Source of the DNA: Streptococcus pneumoniae
GTDB taxonomy: Bacteria; Bacillota; Bacilli; Lactobacillales; Streptococcaceae
Length of the DNA stretch: 32,000 nt
Strand: one strand, 5' to 3'
Assembly: GCA_001113365.1 (NCBI GenBank)
Contig: CKYA01000002.1
A program made the translations under genes and the position numbers. Below are positions 16,890 through 25,450 of this stretch, piece after piece (within the stretch, counting starts at the first letter, position 1; every line of letters starts with the position of its first letter). Under the pieces are notes generated by a model. That model saw nothing but the letters and a program-made list of their open reading frames with translations, was not told the origin of the DNA and did not search any database.

Positions 16890-16927
16890 AGTAACAAGTT
16901 ATTTTTAAGAGAAAAGAACGGGGAACA

Positions 16928-18628
16928 ATGGAGAAAATCAGTTTAGAATCTCCTAAGACGGGGTCGGACCTAGTTTTGGAAACACTTCGTGATTTAGGAG
17001 TTGATACCATCTTTGGTTATCCTGGTGGTGCGGTTTTGCCTTTTTATGATGCGATATATAATTTTAAAGGCATTCGCCACATTCTAGGGCGCCATGAGCA
17101 AGGTTGTTTGCATGAAGCTGAAGGTTATGCCAAATCAACTGGAAAGTTGGGTGTTGCCGTCGTCACTAGTGGACCAGGAGCAACCAATGCCATTACAGGG
17201 ATTGCGGATGCCATGAGTGATAGTGTTCCTCTTTTGGTCTTTACAGGTCAGGTAGGGCGAGCAGGGATTGGGAAAGATGCCTTTCAGGAGGCAGACATCG
17301 TGGGAATTACCATGCCAATCACTAAATACAATTACCAAGTTCGTGAGACAGCTGATATTCCGCGTATCATTACGGAAGCTGTCCATATCGCAACTACAGG
17401 CCGTCCAGGGCCAGTTGTCATTGACCTACCTAAAGACGTATCTGCTTTAGAAACAGACTTTATCTATTCACCAGAAGTCAATCTACCAAGCTATCAGCCG
17501 ACTCTTGAGCCAAATGATATGCAAATCAAGAAAATCTTGAAGCAATTATCCAAGGCTAAAAAGCCAGTCTTGTTAGCTGGTGGTGGGATTAGTTATGCTG
17601 AAGCTGCTGCGGAACTAAATGAATTTGCAGAACGCTATCAAATTCCAGTGGTAACCAGCCTTTTGGGTCAAGGTACGATTGCAACGAGTCACCCACTCTT
17701 CCTTGGAATGGGGGGGATGCACGGTTCTTTCGCAGCGAATATTGCCATGACAGAGACGGACTTTATGATTAGTATTGGCTCTCGTTTTGATGACCGTTTA
17801 ACAGGAAATCCAAAGACTTTTGCTAAGAATGCTAAGGTTGCCCACATTGATATTGACCCAGCCGAGATCGGAAAGATTATCAGTGCGGATATTCCGGTAG
17901 TTGGAGATGCTAAGAAAGCCTTGCAAATGTTGCTGGCTGAACCGACAGTTCATAACAATACTGAAAAATGGATTGAAAAAGTCACTAAAGACAAGAACCG
18001 TGTTCGTTCTTATGATAAGAAAGAACGTGTGGTTCAACCGCAAGCTGTTATTGAACGAATTGGTGAATTGACGAATGGAGATGCCATCGTGGTAACAGAC
18101 GTTGGTCAACACCAAATGTGGACAGCCCAGTATTATCCCTACCAAAATGAACGTCAGTTAGTGACTTCAGGTGGTTTAGGAACCATGGGATTTGGAATCC
18201 CAGCAGCAATCGGTGCTAAAATTGCTAACCCAGATAAGGAAGTAGTCTTGTTTGTTGGGGATGGCGGTTTCCAAATGACTAACCAGGAATTGGCTATTTT
18301 GAACATTTACAAGGTGCCAATCAAGGTGGTTATGCTGAACAACCACTCACTTGGAATGGTTCGCCAATGGCAGGAATCCTTCTATGAAGGTAGAACATCT
18401 GAGTCAGTCTTTGATACTCTTCCTGATTTCCAATTGATGGCACAAGCTTACGGTATTAAAAACTATAAGTTTGACAATCCTGAGACCTTGGCTCAAGACC
18501 TTGAAGTCATCACTGAGGATGTTCCTATGCTAATCGAAGTAGATATTTCTCGTAAGGAACAGGTGTTACCGATGGTACCAGCTGGTAAGAGTAATCATGA
18601 GATGTTGGGGGTGAAGTTCCATGCGTAG
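16928..18628 (+). CDS. ilvB: acetolactate synthase large subunit
   Basis: 566 aa ThDP enzyme with the GDGGFQMT motif and the conserved N-terminus GYPGGAVLPFYDA. Confidence 0.95.
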   Translation: MEKISLESPKTGSDLVLETLRDLGVDTIFGYPGGAVLPFYDAIYNFKGIRHILGRHEQGCLHEAEGYAKSTGKLGVAVVTSGPGATNAITGIADAMSDSVPLLVFTGQVGRAGIGKDAFQEADIVGITMPITKYNYQVRETADIPRIITEAVHIATTGRPGPVVIDLPKDVSALETDFIYSPEVNLPSYQPTLEPNDMQIKKILKQLSKAKKPVLLAGGGISYAEAAAELNEFAERYQIPVVTSLLGQGTIATSHPLFLGMGGMHGSFAANIAMTETDFMISIGSRFDDRLTGNPKTFAKNAKVAHIDIDPAEIGKIISADIPVVGDAKKALQMLLAEPTVHNNTEKWIEKVTKDKNRVRSYDKKERVVQPQAVIERIGELTNGDAIVVTDVGQHQMWTAQYYPYQNERQLVTSGGLGTMGFGIPAAIGAKIANPDKEVVLFVGDGGFQMTNQELAILNIYKVPIKVVMLNNHSLGMVRQWQESFYEGRTSESVFDTLPDFQLMAQAYGIKNYKFDNPETLAQDLEVITEDVPMLIEVDISRKEQVLPMVPAGKSNHEMLGVKFHA

Positions 18629-19097
18629 AATGTTAACAGCAAAACTACAAAATCGTTCAGGAGTCCTCAATCGCTTTACAGGTGTTCTATCTCGTCGTCA
18701 GGTTAATATCGAAAGCATCTCTGTTGGAGCAACAGAAGATCCGAATGTATCGCGTATCACCATTATTATTGATGTAGCTTCACATGATGAAGTGGAGCAA
18801 ATCATTAAGCAACTCAATCGTCAGATTGATGTGATTCGCATTCGTGATATTACAGACAAGCCTCATTTGGAACGCGAAGTGATTTTGGTCAAGATGTCAG
18901 CGCCAGCTGAGAAGAGAGCTGAGATTTTAGCGATTATTCAACCTTTCCGTGCAACAGTGGTAGACGTAGCGCCAAGCTCGATTACCATTCAGATGACGGG
19001 AAATGCAGAAAAGAGCGAAGCCCTATTGCGAGTCATTCGCCCATACGGTATTCGCAATATTGCTCGAACGGGTGCAACTGGATTTACCCGCGATTAA
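18621..19097 (+). CDS. ilvN: acetolactate synthase small (regulatory) subunit
   Basis: 158 aa ACT-domain protein (NRSGVLNRFTGVLSRRQVNIESISVG). It overlaps the ilvB stop by 8 nt. Confidence 0.93.
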   Translation: MRRMLTAKLQNRSGVLNRFTGVLSRRQVNIESISVGATEDPNVSRITIIIDVASHDEVEQIIKQLNRQIDVIRIRDITDKPHLEREVILVKMSAPAEKRAEILAIIQPFRATVVDVAPSSITIQMTGNAEKSEALLRVIRPYGIRNIARTGATGFTRD

Positions 19098-19129
19098 AAA
19101 TCCAACTTAAATTTGTTAAACCAGCCTAA

Positions 19130-20185
<1,056 letters not shown>

Positions 20186-20268
20186 TTAGAAAGCAAAGAA
20201 TTTTGCTAAAATAGTAGCTTCAGCTATTCGTGGGATATTAGATGTACTTATTTAGGAGTTGAAATCAT

Positions 20269-20625
20269 ATGAATATTACCAATTTGTTTTCTATCAAGAC
20301 AAGATGTGATGAAACTGATAGGCAACTGCAAAAACTATTTTTTCAGTTGGATTTACAATTGGGAGAATTGACAGATCAACTAAGAAAATTAGATTCTAAT
20401 TTTGTTCCTCGTAGTCAATTTGTAGACACGCTGGATTTGAATGATGTAGAATATAAAGAAATTTTAAACTATTTTATCTTCCATCGTAATGATAGTGAAG
20501 AAAGTTTGGCAGAATGGTTATATGATTGGATTTCTACAAATCGTTATGAACTTCCTAAAGAGTTTTCAATTCGTATGGCTCATAAATATCATGAAAGTGT
20601 TGTTGAAGTTTTTGGAGATGAATAA
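20269..20625 (+). CDS. hypothetical protein (118 aa), unknown function
   Basis: Good SD (TAGGAG, 8 nt before the ATG). The N-terminus looks like a coiled coil (RQLQKLFFQLDLQLGELTDQLRKL) and the C-terminus is acidic and aromatic. I recognise no motif. Confidence 0.6.
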   Translation: MNITNLFSIKTRCDETDRQLQKLFFQLDLQLGELTDQLRKLDSNFVPRSQFVDTLDLNDVEYKEILNYFIFHRNDSEESLAEWLYDWISTNRYELPKEFSIRMAHKYHESVVEVFGDE

Positions 20626-20630
20626 CTAAA

Positions 20631-20656
20631 AAAACAGTCATTAGTGACTGTTTTTT
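20631..20656 (+). terminator. strong hairpin/terminator between orf118 and ilvA
   Basis: AAAAACAGTCA-TTAG-TGACTGTTTTTT. The stem can extend through the A/T runs, so it looks bidirectional. Confidence 0.75.
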
Positions 20657-20675
20657 ATAGAAAAAGAGGTTTTAT

Positions 20676-21926
20676 ATGTTAAGTTCAAAAGATATTATCA
20701 AGGCTCACAAGGTCTTGAACGGTGTGGTTGTGAATACACCGCTTGATTACGACCATTATTTATCGGAGAAGTATGGTGCTAAGATTTATTTGAAAAAAGA
20801 AAATGCCCAGCGTGTTCGTTCTTTTAAAATTCGTGGTGCCTATTACGCTATTTCCCAGCTCAGCAAGGAAGAACGTGAGCGTGGGGTAGTCTGTGCCTCT
20901 GCGGGAAATCATGCGCAGGGAGTAGCCTATACTTGTAATGAGATGAAAATTCCTGCTACTATTTTTATGCCCATTACCACTCCGCAACAAAAAATTGGAC
21001 AAGTTCGCTTTTTTGGTGGGGACTTCGTAACCATTAAACTAGTTGGAGATACCTTTGATGCCTCAGCTAAAGCAGCTCAAGAATTTACAGTCTCTGAAAA
21101 CCGTACCTTTATTGATCCTTTTGATGATGCTCATGTCCAGGCAGGTCAAGGAACAGTTGCTTATGAGATTTTAGAAGAAGCTCGAAAAGAATCGATTGAT
21201 TTTGATGCTGTCTTGGTTCCTGTTGGAGGTGGTGGTCTCATTGCCGGGGTTTCTACCTATATCAAAGAAACAAATCCAGAAATTGAAGTCATCGGAGTAG
21301 AGGCGAATGGGGCACGTTCCATGAAAGCTGCCTTTGAAGCTGGTGGACCTGTTAAGCTCAAGGAAATTGACAAATTTGCGGATGGGATTGCTGTACAAAA
21401 GGTAGGTCAATTGACCTATGAAGCAACGCGTCAACATGTTCAAACTTTGGTAGGTGTCGATGAGGGATTGATTTCTGAAACCTTGATTGACCTTTACTCT
21501 AAACAAGGGATTGTCGCAGAACCTGCTGGAGCGGCTAGTATCGCTTCTTTAGAGGTTTTGGCTGAATATATCAAGGGGAAAACCATTTGTTGTATCATTT
21601 CTGGAGGAAATAATGATATCAACCGTATGCCAGAAATGGAAGAGCGTGCCTTGATTTATGATGGGATCAAACATTACTTTGTGGTCAATTTTCCACAGCG
21701 TCCAGGGGCCTTGCGTGAATTTGTAAATGATATCCTGGGGCCAAATGATGATATCACACGTTTTGAGTATATCAAACGAGCTAGCAAGGGGACAGGTCCA
21801 GTATTGATTGGGATTGCCTTGGCAGATAAGCATGATTATGCAGGATTGATTCGTCGAATGGAAGGTTTTGATCCGGCTTATATTAACTTAAATGGGAATG
21901 AAACGCTTTATAATATGCTTGTCTGA
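20676..21926 (+). CDS. ilvA: threonine ammonia-lyase (biosynthetic threonine dehydratase)
   Basis: 416 aa with the PLP-Lys motif SFKIRGA, a GGGGL loop and a C-terminal ACT-like regulatory domain. Confidence 0.94.
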   Translation: MLSSKDIIKAHKVLNGVVVNTPLDYDHYLSEKYGAKIYLKKENAQRVRSFKIRGAYYAISQLSKEERERGVVCASAGNHAQGVAYTCNEMKIPATIFMPITTPQQKIGQVRFFGGDFVTIKLVGDTFDASAKAAQEFTVSENRTFIDPFDDAHVQAGQGTVAYEILEEARKESIDFDAVLVPVGGGGLIAGVSTYIKETNPEIEVIGVEANGARSMKAAFEAGGPVKLKEIDKFADGIAVQKVGQLTYEATRQHVQTLVGVDEGLISETLIDLYSKQGIVAEPAGAASIASLEVLAEYIKGKTICCIISGGNNDINRMPEMEERALIYDGIKHYFVVNFPQRPGALREFVNDILGPNDDITRFEYIKRASKGTGPVLIGIALADKHDYAGLIRRMEGFDPAYINLNGNETLYNMLV

Positions 21927-21952
21927 GGACTAATAAAAAAATATCATATTAT

Positions 21953-21981
21953 TTGCACAACTGATGTATAGGTGCTATAAT
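21953..21981 (+). promoter_or_regulatory. near-consensus orphan promoter 27 nt after the ilvA stop
   Basis: TTGCAC (21953-21958), an exact 17-nt spacer, then TATAAT (21976-21981). Confidence 0.7.
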
Positions 21982-22007
21982 GAAGATGAAGAAAGGGGGC
22001 GATTCCT

Positions 22008-22055
22008 ATGGTTTTAGGAAGCTTATCGTGCAATTCTTACTTCTGTTCATTATAG
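22008..22055 (+). CDS. candidate 15-aa micro-ORF (MVLGSLSCNSYFCSL)
   Basis: Strong SD AAAGGGGG (21992-21999) lies 8 nt before the ATG, about 20 nt downstream of the predicted TSS. The only support is signals. An overlapping alternative frame, 21986(21980)-22096, encodes MKMKKGGDSYGFRKLIVQFLLLFIIAFMMFGSDFHPSF (36-38 aa). That ORF has no SD and would have to be leaderless. Confidence 0.3.
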   Translation: MVLGSLSCNSYFCSL

Positions 22056-22477
22056 CATTTATGATGTTTGGCTCAGATTTCCATCCTTCATTTTGATTTC
22101 CCATCTATTTTGAAAAGTAAACTCACACGGTCTTTAAGATGTGATTTGATTTCTTTTTATTGACAAATATACCATATTAAAAGGATATATAAGTAATTGA
22201 CTGAGCTTATCTGTCTTGTCATCTTTATTAAGGATGGTTTAGAGAATCGGGTGTTTGGTTTTAGGCTAGCACCTCAATATCCAAATGAGTGATGAATTTG
22301 AAGGATATAAGGAATACCTATCTCTCAGATGATTTATTGAGGAAGAAAGATAGGAGTTTTTGAGCTAGTGAATGCTTGGATTTCTAAAGGTTAGGACTGT
22401 CATCTTCAGTTCTTAAATCGAAGAAATAAGCTATCTTACGGAGATAGAGAAGCATTTTTTTAAAAGCTTGAATAATT

Positions 22478-22505
22478 TTGCACCTCAAGAGGGTAATAAT
22501 ACAAT
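22478..22505 (+). promoter_or_regulatory. orphan promoter inside the ilvA-orf71 gap
   Basis: TTGCAC (22478-22483), a 16-nt spacer, then TACAAT (22500-22505). No ORF with an SD occurs in the next 170 nt. Confidence 0.5.
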
Positions 22506-22622
22506 ATTTTTATTAGCAAATATTTATGGTGTAGAGGCTAGCAAAACCTATATATTATCGGCTTTAAAAAGGAAGTAAGAAAATTCTGAACTAATTATTT
22601 TCGTTGAATATATGTTTTTTTA

Positions 22623-22662
22623 TTGACAAAAGTAGTAAAAACGTATACAATTAAATATTGTA
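22623..22662 (+). promoter_or_regulatory. consensus promoter of orf71 with a palindrome overlapping the -10
   Basis: TTGACA (22623-22628), a 17-nt spacer, then TACAAT (22646-22651). TACAAT-TAAAT-ATTGTA (22646-22662) is a 6-bp-arm palindrome that includes the -10 box. Confidence 0.7.
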
Positions 22663-22684
22663 AAGAAGAAAATAGGAGAAAAAC

Positions 22685-22900
22685 ATGGCTAAGTCAAACT
22701 TTGAAAAAGTAGAATCAGTTGTTGGCTGGGTTCGTGATAAGAAAATCACAGGCTACCGTATCTCTAAAGAAACGAATGCGCGTGAAATGTCTATCATTGC
22801 TCTGGCGCAGGGTCGTGCAAAAGTAAAAAATATTTCATTTGAAACAGCCCTAGGCCTAATTGATTTCTATGAAAAAAATCATGAAAAATTTGAAGATTAA
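22685..22900 (+). CDS. small (71 aa) hypothetical protein, possibly an HTH DNA-binding protein
   Basis: SD AGGAG lies 6 nt before the ATG. The segment ITGYRISKETNAREMSIIALAQGR resembles a helix-turn-helix as in small XRE-like proteins. It has its own promoter and terminator. Confidence 0.6.
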   Translation: MAKSNFEKVESVVGWVRDKKITGYRISKETNAREMSIIALAQGRAKVKNISFETALGLIDFYEKNHEKFED

Positions 22901-22912
22901 TCTTTGGATAAC

Positions 22913-22960
22913 GGCGGATTCTTGACTCTCAAGTAGTAGAGATAGAGAATCTGCCTTTTC
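22913..22960 (+). terminator. terminator of orf71
   Basis: GGCGGATTCT ... AGAATCTGCC forms a 10-bp stem with one G.U pair and a loop of about 23 nt, followed by TTTTCATTTT. Confidence 0.55.
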
Positions 22961-22972
22961 ATTTTGGACAGC

Positions 22973-23000
22973 AAAAAGACTGCACGATTGATGCAGCCTT
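22973..23000 (-). terminator. terminator of the glnPH-glnQ operon
   Basis: The minus strand reads AAAAGGCTGCA-TCAATCG-TGCAGTCTTTTT. Confidence 0.65.
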
Positions 23001-23006
23001 TTCTTT

Positions 23007-23747
23007 TTATTTGAGATAGCGTTGAAGGAATTCTTTTGTACGGTCTTCTTTAGGATTGGTGAAGAGGTCTTCTGGTTTGCCTTCTTCAGCGATTACACCC
23101 TTATCCATGAAGATAACACGGTGAGAGACATCACGGGCGAATTCCATTTCGTGAGTTACAACAATCATGGTCAAGCCTTCTTGAGCCAGGTCCTGCATGA
23201 TTTTGAGGACTTCTCCAACCATTTCTGGATCGAGAGCTGATGTTGGTTCATCAAAGAGAATGGCGTCCGGATTCATGGAGAGGGCACGAGCGATGGCCAC
23301 ACGTTGTTTTTGACCTCCTGAGAGTTGTTTTGGTTTCGCTTGCCAGTAGCGTTCTCCCATGCCGACCTTTTCAAGGTTTTCTTTGGCAATCTTTTCAGCT
23401 TCTGTACGTTCGCGTTTAAGGACAGTTGTCTGAGCGACGATTGTGTTTTCAAGAACGTTGAGATTTTCAAAGAGGTTAAAGGATTGGAAAACCATTCCCA
23501 ACTTTTCACGGTATTGCGTGAGGTCATATCCTTTTTCGAGGACGTTTTGTCCATGATAAAGGATTTGTCCATCAGTTGGCGTTTCAAGTAGGTTAATGGA
23601 GCGTAGGAAAGTTGATTTTCCGCTTCCAGAGCTTCCGATGATAGAGATGACCTCTCCCTTGTGGACAGTAAGTGAAATGTCTTTTAGCACTTCGTTTTGT
23701 CCATAGGATTTTTTGAGGTGTTTAATTTCAAGGATTGCTTGTGTCAT
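23007..23747 (-). CDS. glnQ: polar amino acid ABC transporter ATP-binding protein
   Basis: 246 aa with Walker [10 protein letters not shown], signature LSGGQKQR and Walker [12 protein letters not shown]. Confidence 0.93.
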   Translation of the reverse strand: MTQAILEIKHLKKSYGQNEVLKDISLTVHKGEVISIIGSSGSGKSTFLRSINLLETPTDGQILYHGQNVLEKGYDLTQYREKLGMVFQSFNLFENLNVLENTIVAQTTVLKRERTEAEKIAKENLEKVGMGERYWQAKPKQLSGGQKQRVAIARALSMNPDAILFDEPTSALDPEMVGEVLKIMQDLAQEGLTMIVVTHEMEFARDVSHRVIFMDKGVIAEEGKPEDLFTNPKEDRTKEFLQRYLK

Positions 23748-25312
23748 TATTTCAAATCCTCCGTTTGCATTTGGTTAGCACCTGTAGTATAGGTATCCAT
23801 GTCCATGCGACGTTCGATGAAGCGTAGGATACGTGTTACGGTGAAGGTGAGGACAAAGTAAATCACGGCGATGATTGTAAATGTCTGGAAGTATTGATAG
23901 GTTTGTGTTGCCACGGTATTTCCTGAGAAATAAAGTTCGACAACAGAGATAACGTTCAATACAGATGTATCTTTGATATTGATGACAAATTCATTACCAG
24001 TTGCTGGTAGGATGTTGCGGACAACCTGAGGGAGGACAATCTTACGCATGGTTTGGTTATGAGTCATACCAAGAGCAGTCGCAGCTTCAAATTGTCCCTT
24101 GTCAACTGCTAGGATACCACCACGGACGATTTCAGTCATGTAGGCACCAGTATTGATTGAAACGATGAAGATAGCAGCTAGTGTGCGGTCAAGGTTGATC
24201 CCGAAAGCTTGGGCAGTTCCATAGTAGATAACCATCGATTGAACAATCATTGGTGTACCACGGAAAATTTCAATGTAGACATTGAGGATCCAGCCGACTA
24301 GTTTTTGTAGGCCATAAATGGCTTTATTCTCAGATAGAGGAGCAGTACGGAAAACACCAATGGCAAGACCGATAATGAGACCTATAATGGTTCCGACAAT
24401 AGAGATTAAAAGAGTGATACCAGCACCACGCAAGAGTTGTTGCCAGTTCTCAGAAAGAATTTTAGTGACTTGGCTAAAGAAACTACTGCTAGTCTCTTCA
24501 GTTGTTGTAGCTTCGGCAGGTTGTTCCTTGATCATACGATCCATCAAGGCAACTTGGTCATCTTTTGAAATGGTTTCAATGCTGGCATTGATTTGGCTAA
24601 TACGATTGTCATCTTTACGAAGTCCAATGGCAATAGCTGTATCTTCTTCTCCAGTTTTAAAACCTGGTTCTACTTGGACCATCTTGAACTTAGAGTTAGC
24701 AGCTTCGGCAGTCAGAGCTTCTGGGCGTTCAGAAACATAGGCATCGATGACACCAGCCTCAAGAGCTTGGCGCATTTGAGCGAAGTCTCCCATAGCTGTT
24801 TCTTTTTTAGCTCCTGGGATTTGTGCAATCAAATCGTAAAGGTAAACCCCTTGTTGAGAAGTGATTTTCGCACCATTAAAGTCATCTAAAGATTTAGCAT
24901 TTGCGTAGGCAGAATCTTTTTTGACTAGTAGAACTGGTTCGCTAGTATAGTAACTACTTGAAAAGGCAATTTCTTGTTTGCGCTCAGCAGTAGGACTCAT
25001 ACCTGCGATAATCATGTCAATCTTACCAGAAGTAAGGGCAGGGACTAGACCTTCCCACTTGGTTTTAACAACCAAAGGTTCTTTACCTAAGTCCTTAGCG
25101 ATTTTCTTGGCGATTTGAACATCGTATCCATTGGCATACTGGTTGGTTCCATCGATTTTGACAGCCCCATTGCTATCATCGTCCTGAGTCCAGTTAAAGG
25201 GGGCATATGCCGCTTCCATCCCGATGCGTAAATATTCATCGGCTTGAGCAACATTGACAAGTCCCAGCATCAGCAAGAGACTTGTGAAAATAGATAAGTA
25301 TATTTTTCTCAT
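23747..25312 (-). CDS. glnP: fused amino acid ABC transporter substrate-binding/permease protein (GlnPH-type)
   Basis: 521 aa. It has a signal peptide, an SBP_bac_3-like domain, a linker ([14 protein letters not shown]), and a permease domain with the EAA-type motif ([22 protein letters not shown]). Confidence 0.9.
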   Translation of the reverse strand: MRKIYLSIFTSLLLMLGLVNVAQADEYLRIGMEAAYAPFNWTQDDDSNGAVKIDGTNQYANGYDVQIAKKIAKDLGKEPLVVKTKWEGLVPALTSGKIDMIIAGMSPTAERKQEIAFSSSYYTSEPVLLVKKDSAYANAKSLDDFNGAKITSQQGVYLYDLIAQIPGAKKETAMGDFAQMRQALEAGVIDAYVSERPEALTAEAANSKFKMVQVEPGFKTGEEDTAIAIGLRKDDNRISQINASIETISKDDQVALMDRMIKEQPAEATTTEETSSSFFSQVTKILSENWQQLLRGAGITLLISIVGTIIGLIIGLAIGVFRTAPLSENKAIYGLQKLVGWILNVYIEIFRGTPMIVQSMVIYYGTAQAFGINLDRTLAAIFIVSINTGAYMTEIVRGGILAVDKGQFEAATALGMTHNQTMRKIVLPQVVRNILPATGNEFVINIKDTSVLNVISVVELYFSGNTVATQTYQYFQTFTIIAVIYFVLTFTVTRILRFIERRMDMDTYTTGANQMQTEDLK

Positions 25313-25354
25313 GATTTCTCCTATTTCTAATCTATTAAAAAATAACTGTCTCCT

Positions 25355-25383
25355 ATTTTATCGAAAAATGCGTAATTTTTCAA
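25355..25383 (-). promoter_or_regulatory. consensus promoter of glnPH-glnQ
   Basis: The minus strand reads TTGAAA (25383-25378), a 17-nt spacer, then TAAAAT (25360-25355). Confidence 0.7.
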
Positions 25384-25411
25384 CATAAGTAAGCCTTTAC
25401 TTACGAAAAAA

Positions 25412-25420
25412 TGTTATAAT
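25412..25420 (+). promoter_or_regulatory. extended -10 promoter of the DUF2207 gene
   Basis: TGTTATAAT, about 30 nt before the start codon. Confidence 0.55.
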
Positions 25421-25450
25421 GATAAGAAAGATAAAAAGGGGGCTTAGTTG

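Noticed and set aside
22160-22193. TTGACA at 22160-22165 as a functional promoter
   Set aside because: No acceptable -10 hexamer lies at 16-18 nt. The best TATATA/TATAAG candidates are at 20-22 nt. It is treated as a decayed duplicate of the orf71 promoter.
22264-22543. Short repeated words in the ilvA-orf71 spacer (GGCTAGCA x2, GCACCTCAA x2)
   Set aside because: About one 8-9-mer repeat is expected by chance in 760 bp, and more in AT-rich DNA. They are not evidence of a repeat element.
25387-25402. Small hairpin AAGTAA-GCCT-TTACTT between the divergent glnPH and DUF2207 promoters
   Set aside because: It is a 6-bp A/T-rich stem with no T-run, and it fits neither a terminator nor a recognisable operator consensus. 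It is probably incidental.
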